DNA of 64,000 nt, taken from contig JAZLDY010000029.1 of NCBI GenBank assembly GCA_045614965.1, positions 14,814 through 78,813 of the forward strand. The letters are read 5' to 3'. Origin of the DNA: Tidjanibacter sp. GTDB lineage: Bacteria > Bacteroidota > Bacteroidia > Bacteroidales > Rikenellaceae. Both the position numbers and the translations under genes were made by a program. Under the pieces are notes generated by a model. The model ran no database searches. It had not been told where the DNA came from and was given only the letters and a program-made list of their open reading frames with translations. Numbering within the stretch: the stretch's first letter is position 1; the number at the start of each line of letters is the position of its first letter. This document shows positions 49,218-59,395 of this stretch, piece by piece.

Positions 49218-50480
49218 CTATGCTCCCACAATCAGGTATGCTGCCACCGAGCAGAGCGTCAGCACCAAGCCCACCAACGATTCGTAGGGGATGAGCCTCA
49301 GTCGCTCCTTGATACCCATCTCCACCGAGCCACCCGTGGCGTGGAAGAACGATCCGTGGGGTAGGTGGTCGAGCACCGTAGCACCGGCGTTAATCATCGC
49401 AGCACCCCACACGGCACCCACACCCGAGGCGAGAATGGCACTGCCAAACGAGGCCGAAGCCACCGTTGCACCTGCTGTGGTGGAGGCTGTGGCGGCCGAC
49501 ATCAGTGCGCCCGACAGGGGGGCAAGCAACACACGTCCACCCTCGCCACTACCCATCAGCGAGATGAGCATATCGGTAAGTGCCGAAGCCTTGATGATGC
49601 CCGCAATGGCTCCCGTGCCAACCAACAGCACAGCCACCACCGACATCTTCTCCAAGCCATACCTCACACTTTCGCTCGCACCGTTCCACGTCCTTGTGGT
49701 CAGAATGCCCACGATTCCGCCCACGGGGAGCGCAATCAGAGGGTCAACCACAACGCCCACAAGGGGCCTCAGCGAGAGGAGCACAATGGCCACCAAAGGG
49801 CCGGCAATGCTTGCCCAAAACGAGGGTAATTTTTTGCCGTCATCTCCACACTGTTCCCTAACAGACTCTTTCGTATAGAGGTCTTTGTTGGGCATCAGGG
49901 GGATGATGAGGTAGATTGTTACCAGCAGGCCCACAATGGCAGGAATCACTCCTGCGCCCATCACCGACGAAAGTGGGGCGTCCATATTCTCGGCAGCAAT
50001 GATGGTGTTGGGATTGGGGGAGATGATGTTGCCACACTTGCCACCACCCACCATTGCAAGCAGAATTTTCAGTCGGGAAGCACCCACCTTTTGGCCAATC
50101 ATTATGGCCACGGGGGCTACGGTGATGACGGCAACGTCGATGAACACGCCCACGGCAGTCAGCAACATCACCGACAGTGCAAGAGCCAAGTAGATATGTT
50201 TTTGGCCGAGTTTGCTGACAATGGTGTGTGAGATACTCTCCGCTGCACCACTCTTAATCAGCACGCCCGAAAGCACACCTGCGGCCAAAATTCTCACAAT
50301 GGCGGGGGTGATGTCCTTCACACCACTCACCATTGTTGTTGCTGTGGCTTCGAGTCCCAGCCCTCCGAGAAGGCCGCCCACCAATGCGCCCAACAGCAGG
50401 CTATACACGGGCGATACTTTGCGAATAATAAGCACAATGGCAACCCCAAGGCCCACCAATGCGCCAATGGCACTCATCAT
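49218..50480 (-). CDS. GntP-family permease (putative glycerate transporter)
   Basis: RILAAGVLSG, VGVFIDVAVITVAP, GNIISPNPNT, HLPHGSFFH; directly after glycerate kinase. Confidence 0.85.
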   Translation of the reverse strand: MMSAIGALVGLGVAIVLIIRKVSPVYSLLLGALVGGLLGGLGLEATATTMVSGVKDITPAIVRILAAGVLSGVLIKSGAAESISHTIVSKLGQKHIYLALALSVMLLTAVGVFIDVAVITVAPVAIMIGQKVGASRLKILLAMVGGGKCGNIISPNPNTIIAAENMDAPLSSVMGAGVIPAIVGLLVTIYLIIPLMPNKDLYTKESVREQCGDDGKKLPSFWASIAGPLVAIVLLSLRPLVGVVVDPLIALPVGGIVGILTTRTWNGASESVRYGLEKMSVVAVLLVGTGAIAGIIKASALTDMLISLMGSGEGGRVLLAPLSGALMSAATASTTAGATVASASFGSAILASGVGAVWGAAMINAGATVLDHLPHGSFFHATGGSVEMGIKERLRLIPYESLVGLVLTLCSVAAYLIVGA

Positions 50481-50487
50481 AGTTGTT

Positions 50488-51627
50488 CTATTGTTTTGTG
50501 GTAAATAGTTTAACAATCTGTGTGGCCGTGCGTGTGAGGTTCTCCCTTGCCACCTCGGGGCGCATAGCCTCTTCCAATGATATGGGGCCCGACACTATGG
50601 GAAGGATAGCCGCAAAGCCACTCTCGGAGAGCTCCTTGCACCACGCCACGCCACCACCTATGGCCACCACTGGGATACCCTGCAAAGAGGCCCTCTCCAA
50701 CACTCCGCTGGGTGCTTTGCCCATAACGGTCTGGCGGTCCACACGGCCCTCGCCCGTGATGACAAGGTCGCTCCCTTCAATCACTTTGTCGAATTGGAGC
50801 GCATCCATAACCATACCGATACCCCTTTGGAGCCTTGCTCCGAGTAGGGCCACAAAGCCGGCACCAAGTCCGCCCGCCGCACCTGCCCCCTCCATTGGGG
50901 CTACATCGAGTCCGTTGTGTTGTCTGACAATGTGGGCAAAGTTGCGCAGTCCCTCGTCGAGCAGTTCGACCATCTGTGGTGTTGCACCCTTCTGGGGAGC
51001 ATAGACATAGGCCGCACCATTGGGCCCACAGAGTGGGTTGGTAACATCGCAAGCCACTGTGAACTCACACTCGGCCAACTCTTCCATTACGCCACTCGGG
51101 TCAATGGACCTGATTTTTGAAAGGTTGCCACCACAAGGCTCCACTACCTCTCCATCCTTGTCCACAAAGCGATAACCCAAGGCGTGGAGCATACCCACAC
51201 CTGCATCGTTGGTTGCACTTCCGCCAATGCCCACCAAAAACCTACGGCACCCCCTGCGGATAGCATCGGCAATGATTTCGCCCGTGCCAAGTGTGGAGGT
51301 CAGCATAGGGTTGCGCTCTTCGGGGGAGAGTAGCGGTAGGCCGCTTGCGGAGGCCATCTCCACCACAGCCAAACGCTTGTCAGCAACCACACCATAGCGT
51401 GCCACGGTTGGTGTGCCAAGTGGGCCCGACACGGCAATCTCCACAATCTCACCACCCAGACTATCCACAATGGCCTCCACGGTGCCCTCGCCACCATCGG
51501 CAATGCTCACCTTGCACACCTCGCAGTGGGGACACACGCTCCTCACGCCTGCCTCCACCGCCTCGGCCACCTCACGAGAGGATAGCGAGCCCTTGAACGA
51601 ATCTACCGCTATGGTTACCTTTTTCAT
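50488..51627 (-). CDS. garK: Glycerate kinase (GarK/GlxK family)
   Basis: DSFKGSL, ADGGEGT, GIGGSATND, GAGAAGGLG, TGEGRVD. Confidence 0.95.
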   Translation of the reverse strand: MKKVTIAVDSFKGSLSSREVAEAVEAGVRSVCPHCEVCKVSIADGGEGTVEAIVDSLGGEIVEIAVSGPLGTPTVARYGVVADKRLAVVEMASASGLPLLSPEERNPMLTSTLGTGEIIADAIRRGCRRFLVGIGGSATNDAGVGMLHALGYRFVDKDGEVVEPCGGNLSKIRSIDPSGVMEELAECEFTVACDVTNPLCGPNGAAYVYAPQKGATPQMVELLDEGLRNFAHIVRQHNGLDVAPMEGAGAAGGLGAGFVALLGARLQRGIGMVMDALQFDKVIEGSDLVITGEGRVDRQTVMGKAPSGVLERASLQGIPVVAIGGGVAWCKELSESGFAAILPIVSGPISLEEAMRPEVARENLTRTATQIVKLFTTKQ

Positions 51628-51639
51628 ATTAAAATAACG

Positions 51640-51850
51640 TCTAATAAAATTGAAAATTGAAAATTGAAAATGGAAAATTAAGGTGCGCCAAAGGCGCAGT
51701 TTTCTATTTTCATTTACCTTTCTTCACGGGTATCTTTTTTAATACCCGTGCCATCCGATAACTCCTCCCCTAAGTTAGGGGAGGTGGTCGAAGACCGGAG
51801 GGGTATGTTAGCTAACAGTTAATAGCAAATAGCTGATTGCTAATTCCGAA
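51640..51850. repeat. Intergenic mosaic (heptamers, GCGC linker, 22-bp palindrome, REP-like hairpin, heptamers)
   Basis: Directly visible. Confidence 0.88.
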
Positions 51851-51859
51851 AGCTCTCTT

Positions 51860-54130
51860 CTAACTCTCAATAATCTTCTTTGCATCGGGGGCCACCACAA
51901 AGGGGAGGGCTTCGAGGGTGGGCCTATACTTGATGTGAAGTTCCCTCACCACCTCAATCTCGTCGGCCGAAGGCTCGGTGGGGTAGCACTCCTTGCCGAA
52001 GGTCCACTCCCATTCCCACACTTTGCTCTCCTCCTCAAAGGCCTTTTGGTCGAAGGGTTTGCCCTCGGTCATCGCACTTCTCACGGCCGCAAAGAAACGC
52101 TCCCAGCGGGGGATGTAGAAGCCACCCACCATACCCGACCATTGGCGGCAGGCGTAGTCCCTGATGCGGCAATCTTTGTTACCCCAAGTGGTAAGCAAAT
52201 TTCGTGCATTTTGCTCATACACTGCCTTCTCGCTTTGGGTGTGTCCCATCGCTTTGGCATCCTCCAACCACCTTCCGAGCAAGAACTCCTTGCGTGAGGA
52301 TAGCAGACGCTCGAAGTCGCAAAGGTAGGATAAATAGTTGGCCACTGCAACATCCAAGGCCTCCACACTGCCACTCTCGTAGGCCTTTGCGCAGGCTTGT
52401 TGCAACACGGTGGCGTGGTTGGCCATCACCTGACGGGTGATATCTACAAGGTCGTAGCGGTAGCCCTCGCTGTCGGCAAAGCGGTCGGCACACTCCACCA
52501 ACAAGTCCCACGCCTCGGCGAGTTCCATCTGGTCGTAGTGGAGTTTGACGTTGGTTGTTCCGCCGGGGTTGAGTTTGAAGGAGGGACGGCCGGTGATGAT
52601 GGATTCGGGGCCTCCGTTGGTAACATCGTTGTTATAGACACTCTCGGTGATGATGCTCCACGCCTTTTCGGCACGCTCATCACGCTCTCCATACCTCTCT
52701 TCGAGGTAGTCGGTGGTGAATGCCTCAATATCAATGGGCTCACTCCTCCACACATTCTCCAACATCATCGCAAACATCAGGGGGTTGTGTTCGATGCCCT
52801 CGGGTGTGAGTCCAATGCCACAGAACTCTCCCGAACGTGGGGAGGCGAGTGCGGCTGCGGGCCCTGCGGCCACACGGGCGGAGTTGCCCGAAAGGGTGAT
52901 GTTTTGGCCGAAGTTGTGGAGCATACACCATATCCAAGGCTTACCGTAATATGCCTCGGTGCGCTGCCATACGGGGAAACGCTCGCTCCACAGGTCGAGG
53001 ATAATCATACCGTCGTTGGGCACAGCACCCAGCAGGGCTTTGATTTCGGGCTCGCCCCAGAAGTCGTCGGAGTGGTGGAACAACCAACCCTGCATTACCC
53101 ACACAGCCTCGCTGTCGGCGGCTCTCATCGACTCGAAGACCTTGCGACTCATACCGGCAAGGTAGGCCGAGTCGGTGCTTGGTGGGTCGTTTTCGTTGAA
53201 TGTGTCGGCCGAGTAGAGGTGGTTGGTGCCATAGAGTGCGGCCTGCTCACGGATGAACATCTCGCCAATGGTGTCGAACATCTCCTCCTCGGGGTCCATA
53301 ACGGCCACTTCGGGGAAGTTCACCCACGAGGTTTTGCGCACCTTCACATCGGGGAATTTATGCTCAAAGGCGGGCGGAACGTGGCCCGTGAAGGCGGGTA
53401 GCACGGGGGTCATACCGAGTGCTCGCTCGCTGCGAAGGATGAATTTTTGTAGCCTTTCGTGCTGACGGAAGAACCTCTGTGGCAGCGGACCACCCCAACC
53501 GTCGAGGTTGCCCATCCAAAACCAGTTGAAATAGGCCGGGCCGCTGAAAAAACTTTCGAGTTCTTTGTCCGTAAAGCCCAACTTCTTATAGACCCTCTGC
53601 CACACGGAGTTTTGGCCCGTAACGGCCAAGGGCATATTGATACCGTTGAGAGCCATAAAGTCTATCTCCCACTGCCAACGCTCCTTGTCCCACCAACTCA
53701 TCGTGTAGTTGAAGGTGCAGTAGTTGAAGCAGTAGCGATACTTGTAGGGGGTTGTTTTGACCACCCTCTCGGTGGGTAGGGGTAACTCTTCGGGGAGTTC
53801 CACATTGGAGCCACACCAACTGATGTGGCAACCACACCACTCTTGGAGGTAGTGGTTCAGTGCGCTTGCCACGCCCACACCGTCGCCACCTTCGAGGACA
53901 ACCCTACCATCCTCGGCCCAGAGCGCAAAGTAGTCGTGTCCGTTGAGCTGCTTCTCGGTGATGACCACCTTGAAATCGCTCTGTCGTCCGCCCGTAACCC
54001 TCCCAACGAGGGCCTCGGCAGCCTTGGTTTGTTCGTCGAGCGAAAAGATGGTTTGGGTGGCATCGGGGCTGCAACTGCTCCCCACGATAAGGGCCAGAAT
54101 GGTGGCAATGATTATGGCGTATCTCTTCAT
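51860..54130 (-). CDS. GH89 alpha-N-acetylglucosaminidase (lipoprotein)
   Basis: NYCTFNYTMSWW, IDFMALNGIN, MGNLDGWGGPL, DTFNE, LHNFG, TPEGIEHN. Confidence 0.96.
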   Translation of the reverse strand: MKRYAIIIATILALIVGSSCSPDATQTIFSLDEQTKAAEALVGRVTGGRQSDFKVVITEKQLNGHDYFALWAEDGRVVLEGGDGVGVASALNHYLQEWCGCHISWCGSNVELPEELPLPTERVVKTTPYKYRYCFNYCTFNYTMSWWDKERWQWEIDFMALNGINMPLAVTGQNSVWQRVYKKLGFTDKELESFFSGPAYFNWFWMGNLDGWGGPLPQRFFRQHERLQKFILRSERALGMTPVLPAFTGHVPPAFEHKFPDVKVRKTSWVNFPEVAVMDPEEEMFDTIGEMFIREQAALYGTNHLYSADTFNENDPPSTDSAYLAGMSRKVFESMRAADSEAVWVMQGWLFHHSDDFWGEPEIKALLGAVPNDGMIILDLWSERFPVWQRTEAYYGKPWIWCMLHNFGQNITLSGNSARVAAGPAAALASPRSGEFCGIGLTPEGIEHNPLMFAMMLENVWRSEPIDIEAFTTDYLEERYGERDERAEKAWSIITESVYNNDVTNGGPESIITGRPSFKLNPGGTTNVKLHYDQMELAEAWDLLVECADRFADSEGYRYDLVDITRQVMANHATVLQQACAKAYESGSVEALDVAVANYLSYLCDFERLLSSRKEFLLGRWLEDAKAMGHTQSEKAVYEQNARNLLTTWGNKDCRIRDYACRQWSGMVGGFYIPRWERFFAAVRSAMTEGKPFDQKAFEEESKVWEWEWTFGKECYPTEPSADEIEVVRELHIKYRPTLEALPFVVAPDAKKIIES

Positions 54131-54141
54131 ATTTCAGTGTG

Positions 54142-56301
54142 TTATTTGTAGCGATTAACCAGCGTGCGAGCCAACTCCACGGGGTCGCCCTCGGGGGTGG
54201 CAAAACGAGTGATGGGGGTGTTTATCCACTCCTCTTCCCACCTGTCGGTGGCCTCTTGACCCTCGGAGAAGAATATTTCCAAGCGGGGGATGTAGTATGC
54301 ACCCACCATATCGCTCCACAGCCTTGCGGCATAGTCCTCCTGCCAGCCGCCCCAAGTGGCGATGAGCCTCTTGGCGTTGGCCTCGGCACCATTTTGGGCC
54401 TCCACATCGGGGGATGACTTGCGAGCCAATGTAACCCAATTTTCGAGTCTGTGGTTGGGGTGGTGGGCCAAGAGGGCATCCACACCTCGGAGTATCTCAA
54501 TGGTGGCTTTGAGTTCTTTTTGAGCAGCCGCTTTGCGCCCCTTTTGGTGGAGCGAGAGGGCTTTTTCGTAGTGGCGGTCGGCAACCTCCGAGAGCCACAT
54601 TGCGCTCATCTCCACCACGTCGTTCACATAGAGGGGCGAGGCTCCACACTCTCCCTCGGCGGCCAATAAGTGCTCCACGCCCTCGCCAAAGAGGTCGTTG
54701 ATGTCGTGGGCACTACGGCGACGCTTGTCGTGGGTTACGGTCTGCCAAGTGAAACGGGGGTAGGAGTAGAGCGACGAATAGACACTGCCACGGAAGGCCT
54801 CCCAAGCGGCCTTGACCTCCTCGGTGTAGGCTCCATAGCGGGCTGTGCAGAACTGTGCAAGCCACTCGTCGAGGTTGATGGCCTCGGTGGTCCAACCCAT
54901 ATCGGCCAAGAGTTCATAGACAACCTCGTTGTTTTCGAGGCCTTCGGGTGCCGAGCCAAAGCCCACCAAGTTGCCCTTGCGGGGCGAGGCGAGTGCCTCG
55001 GCCGAAGAGGTGGCATACATTTCGAGTTCGCCCGTGGGCAACACCTTGCCACCGAAGTTGGGCACATAACTGAATATCCACTGCTTGCCGTAGAAACCAT
55101 CCTGCACTTTCCACGTCTGCTCGGTCTTCCACACCCACTTGGGGTAGTCGCAACCGAGGTCGATGATTATCATCCTGTCGTCGGGCACACGGCTCAGCAG
55201 GGCCTGCATACTCTCCTTGTCCCAAAAGTCGTGCTGATAGCCGAAGGTCCAACCCTGCGTTACCCACACGGCATCGGGGTCGCCAGCGGTGATGGAGTTG
55301 TAGATGGCCTCTCCGTAGTCGGCCAACAGGGCGTGCTTACCCTCGGTGTCGCCCTCCGCTACGGGCAGGCGCATCTCGTTGAAGCTGTCGGAGAGGTAGT
55401 ATTTTGCATCGCCAAACTCCTTTTCCCACTCCTCCACGAAGAGTTTGCCAATCTTGCTAAACCAAGGCGACGAGGGGGCCAATACCACAGCGTTGAACGA
55501 CTTGTCGAAGCCACCCCAAAGGAGTTGGTTGTATGTGATGTCGGGATTTTTTGCAATGAATGCAGGGGGTACGAAACCTGCGAAAGCGGGTGCTACGGGG
55601 GCCATACCGAGTTCTCTCATACGGTCGAGTATCTTGTGTTGGAGGGCAATCTGGCTCTCGTGCCACTCGTCAGTGAGGGGACCGTCGAAGGAGTTGAGGT
55701 TGCCCATACGGTGCCAAGGCAGGTGTGCCGCACCGGTAAAGAATGCGTTGGCCTCCTCGGGCGAGAGGCCGAGTTTTACCCACACACGCTTGGCAATGGC
55801 CTCGCTGGCCACACTCGCCAAGGGGAAGTTCACGCCGTGCAGAGCCATCCAGTCCAACTCCTGCTCCCAACGCTCCCAATCCCAATAGGGGGCGGTGTAG
55901 CCAAAGGTGCACACGTTCAGGAAGTAGCGCAAGGAGTAGGGCGACGAGCCACTCTCGGCATAGTCGGGCCACTGGGTGGGTAGGTTGAGGTGCTTGCCAC
56001 TCCACACCACTTGTGCGTTGCAGGCACGGTGGAGATAGTGGTTGAAGGCATAGCACAGAGCCGTAGGCGAGGAGCCCTCGATGGTGAGGTGTCCGCCCGT
56101 GGCCGAGATGTTGTAGGTATCCAGCCCCTCTGCGTTGGGGGCGGTAAGGTTGAGTGTGAGGTTTTGGGGCACCACTCCGAGTGTGCGCTCAATCACACCT
56201 TGTGCCGCAGCGACCTGCTTGGTGCGCTCCTTGTGGGCACTACATCCTGCCATTGTGGCACACACTAAAATAATGAGTAGAAATCGTTGCAGCAGTTTCA
56301 T
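54142..56301 (-). CDS. GH89 alpha-N-acetylglucosaminidase, second paralog (lipoprotein)
   Basis: NVCTFGYT, DWMALHGVN, MGNLNSFDGPL, DSFNE, VPNFGG, APEGLENN. Confidence 0.96.
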   Translation of the reverse strand: MKLLQRFLLIILVCATMAGCSAHKERTKQVAAAQGVIERTLGVVPQNLTLNLTAPNAEGLDTYNISATGGHLTIEGSSPTALCYAFNHYLHRACNAQVVWSGKHLNLPTQWPDYAESGSSPYSLRYFLNVCTFGYTAPYWDWERWEQELDWMALHGVNFPLASVASEAIAKRVWVKLGLSPEEANAFFTGAAHLPWHRMGNLNSFDGPLTDEWHESQIALQHKILDRMRELGMAPVAPAFAGFVPPAFIAKNPDITYNQLLWGGFDKSFNAVVLAPSSPWFSKIGKLFVEEWEKEFGDAKYYLSDSFNEMRLPVAEGDTEGKHALLADYGEAIYNSITAGDPDAVWVTQGWTFGYQHDFWDKESMQALLSRVPDDRMIIIDLGCDYPKWVWKTEQTWKVQDGFYGKQWIFSYVPNFGGKVLPTGELEMYATSSAEALASPRKGNLVGFGSAPEGLENNEVVYELLADMGWTTEAINLDEWLAQFCTARYGAYTEEVKAAWEAFRGSVYSSLYSYPRFTWQTVTHDKRRRSAHDINDLFGEGVEHLLAAEGECGASPLYVNDVVEMSAMWLSEVADRHYEKALSLHQKGRKAAAQKELKATIEILRGVDALLAHHPNHRLENWVTLARKSSPDVEAQNGAEANAKRLIATWGGWQEDYAARLWSDMVGAYYIPRLEIFFSEGQEATDRWEEEWINTPITRFATPEGDPVELARTLVNRYK

Positions 56302-56413
56302 CGTTTTTTGGGATTTTGTGGGTTAAAAAGTGTGGTTTTTTGAGAAAAAAGAAAACTTTGCCGATGCGGAGTGTTTGTCTCCCCGCACCGGCAAAGTAGT
56401 TGGTTATGAGTGC

Positions 56414-57694
56414 TTATTTAGCAACAATCATCTGGCTCTTGATGTTCAAGTAGCAGGGTTTGAGATAGAGTTGCTCCGACAATGTTGCATCAAGATATTT
56501 CTTGCCGGTAGCCTCATCGGTTACAAATGCAGCCGAATCATCAGGCAACTGAACAATCTGGATAATACCATAGCTGAAAGGCACACCCTCTTTTGCAGTG
56601 CGGGGGCTGCGAATAATGAGGTAGTCGCCTGCACGGAAGTTCTCGGTAAGAGGCTTAGCCATTGAAGTGTGGCCAGCAGAGCCCCAACGACGATACATAT
56701 TCTTGTTGCTCAACGAGGTAGGCTCGTTCTCAACTCCGAGGGTGCTGTTGTCGAGTACCCTCTGGATCTCACCCAACTGATAGTGTGCCCTCATCTGGTC
56801 TGCCAATGTCTTAATCTCCTCGGGAATAGCCATAAACAGACTGTCAACAAATTTATACTCATCCTCATCGTAATTTGTACCATCCCACGAACCAACAATA
56901 CGGCTCATACCAACTTCGTCTGCGATGGCTTTGTCGAGGAAGTGCTCGCCATACTTTGCAACATCGCACTGACGACCAATAGTACCGGCATTAAGCCTCT
57001 CGATAGTACAGAACATATAACCCCTTTCACTTCCGAATACAACGTTGTTGGAGGTGTTCATAAGAGCGTTGCAGAAGCAGAGCGAACCCTCTTTACCATT
57101 AGTGGGAAGAAGCTCGTTGAGCGAAACGATGTGTTTCAAGGTGCCATTTACGTTCACACCATGCATCGAAATGAACGAAGGAGTGTCGCTACCTGCACCG
57201 GTGTTCTCATCGGGATAGAGCTCGGGGTTGTTCTCGTGGTTGTCAATCTTCTTGTCGGCCATAATGGTTGCAGTGGGCTCGCACCAAGCACCATAGTTCC
57301 ACTCGCCCTCAACTGCGCCAAGTGCGTAGTAGAAAGCAGCGGCTTTGTTACCGGCAACAACTTTAACCTCAACGTGGGTAGCCTCTTTGGTGTCGGCAAA
57401 CCAGAGCTGGTCAACCTCTGTACCCTCCTGTTCGAGAGTCTGTGCGCTACCTTTGGCAACATAGCTCTCGCCACTCTTAGCAACACCGGTCAGAACAACC
57501 TCGGTGAGTGCTACACTCGAAGTACCTTTGATTGCGATGGGCGAACCATAGGCTACACCCTCGGCGATAGCAGCCTCAACACCCTCGGCGAGTGTGAGAG
57601 TTGCTTCGAGTTTGTCCTGGCCACCTTCGGACTCCTTGTCGCAAGCCACCAGTGCTACTGCCAGCATTGCAATTGCAAATAAAGTTTTTTTCAT
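56414..57694 (-). CDS. Surface lipoprotein of unknown function (SGBP-like)
   Basis: Lipobox LVAC; located inside PUL-2; no catalytic motif recognised. Confidence 0.65.
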   Translation of the reverse strand: MKKTLFAIAMLAVALVACDKESEGGQDKLEATLTLAEGVEAAIAEGVAYGSPIAIKGTSSVALTEVVLTGVAKSGESYVAKGSAQTLEQEGTEVDQLWFADTKEATHVEVKVVAGNKAAAFYYALGAVEGEWNYGAWCEPTATIMADKKIDNHENNPELYPDENTGAGSDTPSFISMHGVNVNGTLKHIVSLNELLPTNGKEGSLCFCNALMNTSNNVVFGSERGYMFCTIERLNAGTIGRQCDVAKYGEHFLDKAIADEVGMSRIVGSWDGTNYDEDEYKFVDSLFMAIPEEIKTLADQMRAHYQLGEIQRVLDNSTLGVENEPTSLSNKNMYRRWGSAGHTSMAKPLTENFRAGDYLIIRSPRTAKEGVPFSYGIIQIVQLPDDSAAFVTDEATGKKYLDATLSEQLYLKPCYLNIKSQMIVAK

Positions 57695-57772
57695 AGCAAA
57701 TAATGTTTTAGAAAAAAGGTTAATAAATAAAGTTGTTAATAGGTTTGTTTTGTTTGGTTTATGTTGTTTGGT

Positions 57773-58540
57773 TTATTTGATGTCGATAACCGATAGGACG
57801 GGGAAGTGGTCCGAAAGGGTGCACCACTCAACCACCTCCGTCTTGCGCAACTCCACAGGGCGGGCACCACGATAGAAGATGTAGTCAATCTTTATCTTGG
57901 GCTCCTTGGTGCTGTATGTCTTCTCCTCGTTGGTCATATTTTTCCACCCTGCCTTCACGAGTGTCTGCATCTCCTTGGTGTGGGGCTCGGCATTCATATC
58001 GCCCACCAAAATCACGGGGTAGGGCCACCCTTCGAAGTAGCGGTTGATGAACTCCACCTGCTCCATTCGTGCCTCGCTCGACGACACCTCCAAGTGGGTA
58101 CACACAAAGGTCAGAAGGTCGCCACTTGGCAGTTCGGCTGTGGCAACCAATAGGGTGCGCTGTTCGGTCTTGGGCTTTTGGGGGAGCAACACACGCTCGC
58201 TCTTGATGATAGGGTAGCGGCTCAGGATACCCACGCCATAATATCCACCCTTGTAGTTGATGGCCTTACCATAGAGGCCAAACATACCGGCACGGTGGGC
58301 AATCTCGCTCACGAACTTCACACCGTGTTGGTGGGGTGCTCTCTCCCTCTTGGTGGCCCAATCACACTCCTGCAAGGCCACAAAGTCGGCCTCCTGCGAT
58401 GCCACAAAGTCGCCCAACTGCTCCACGGTGGCAAGTTCGCCAAAGCGCAGGTTGTAGCTCAAAATCTTCAAAGGCTCCTCGGCCCTCGCCAAAAGGCTCA
58501 CGGCAAGGACAGCCATTAGTGTCAATAGTGTTTTCTTCAT
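57773..58540 (-). CDS. Endonuclease/exonuclease/phosphatase (EEP) family protein, secreted
   Basis: SYNL, ALQECD, THL, GDMNA, IDYIF, SDHFPV. Confidence 0.93.
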   Translation of the reverse strand: MKKTLLTLMAVLAVSLLARAEEPLKILSYNLRFGELATVEQLGDFVASQEADFVALQECDWATKRERAPHQHGVKFVSEIAHRAGMFGLYGKAINYKGGYYGVGILSRYPIIKSERVLLPQKPKTEQRTLLVATAELPSGDLLTFVCTHLEVSSSEARMEQVEFINRYFEGWPYPVILVGDMNAEPHTKEMQTLVKAGWKNMTNEEKTYSTKEPKIKIDYIFYRGARPVELRKTEVVEWCTLSDHFPVLSVIDIK

Positions 58541-58549
58541 ATCCGTTGG

Positions 58550-59380
58550 TTAGAAAAATTTCTCCATTGTTACCTTCCAATAGGGAAGATTTATTGTTTT
58601 CAGCCTCTCAATCGAACGGCACACATACATCGCAGGGCAGAGCACCATTAGGTCATAGGCTGTGCCCTCGCTCCCTGCAAAGGCCACTCGGTAGCCCGAA
58701 AAGTTCTTTTTGAGCCACTCCTCCACGTCGGCCTTCTTGTCGGTGGCCACCCTTGCCAACAGCACACCGTCGCTCTGCAACTCCACCCCAAAGGCCTCCA
58801 CAGCCGCAGCCACCTGCTCGGTGGTGTCGAAGGTGGCGTTGAAGAGGGTGATGGTGGCAGGCTTGGAGAGTCCGATGGCTACGCTGATACCCGACAAGTG
58901 GAGGTCATCTGTGGCCACGCCCACGATGGACGAACTCTTGTAGCGGCTCACAACGCCCGTGCCTTTGGTGGAGTTCTCACCCGTAGCCTCCGTGGGGAGG
59001 AAATATGCGTTGGCCTTGTTGTCGTAGGCAACCTTCACAGCGGCCACACCCTTGCCCACCTCAAAGTCGCAACGGTCGAAGAGGTAGAATGTCGATTTGG
59101 GAGCCGTTTGGTTGCCCACAAATTGGCTCGCCACACCCACATCACGCTGGCCACTGAAAAATGGCTCATCCTCCAAGGTGGAGAAAAAATCTACCCTGAA
59201 AAGATTTGCCGTTACGGGCACCTCGGGTATCTCGGGGGCTACATATTCACCCCCATTGTTCGTTCCGCCACCTTGCGTTCCGCCATTGTCATCGGGCGTT
59301 GGGGTGCAACCGGCCAATGTTGCCACAAGGAGCAACACCGGCCACTGCACGGCGAGAAGTTGTTTGATTGTGCGTGTCAT
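58550..59380 (-). CDS. Lipoprotein of unknown function
   Basis: Lipobox LAGC and G/T/N-rich linker; no EEP catalytic motifs. Confidence 0.65.
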   Translation of the reverse strand: MTRTIKQLLAVQWPVLLLVATLAGCTPTPDDNGGTQGGGTNNGGEYVAPEIPEVPVTANLFRVDFFSTLEDEPFFSGQRDVGVASQFVGNQTAPKSTFYLFDRCDFEVGKGVAAVKVAYDNKANAYFLPTEATGENSTKGTGVVSRYKSSSIVGVATDDLHLSGISVAIGLSKPATITLFNATFDTTEQVAAAVEAFGVELQSDGVLLARVATDKKADVEEWLKKNFSGYRVAFAGSEGTAYDLMVLCPAMYVCRSIERLKTINLPYWKVTMEKFF

Positions 59381-59395
59381 ATCTTCTCGTAGGTC

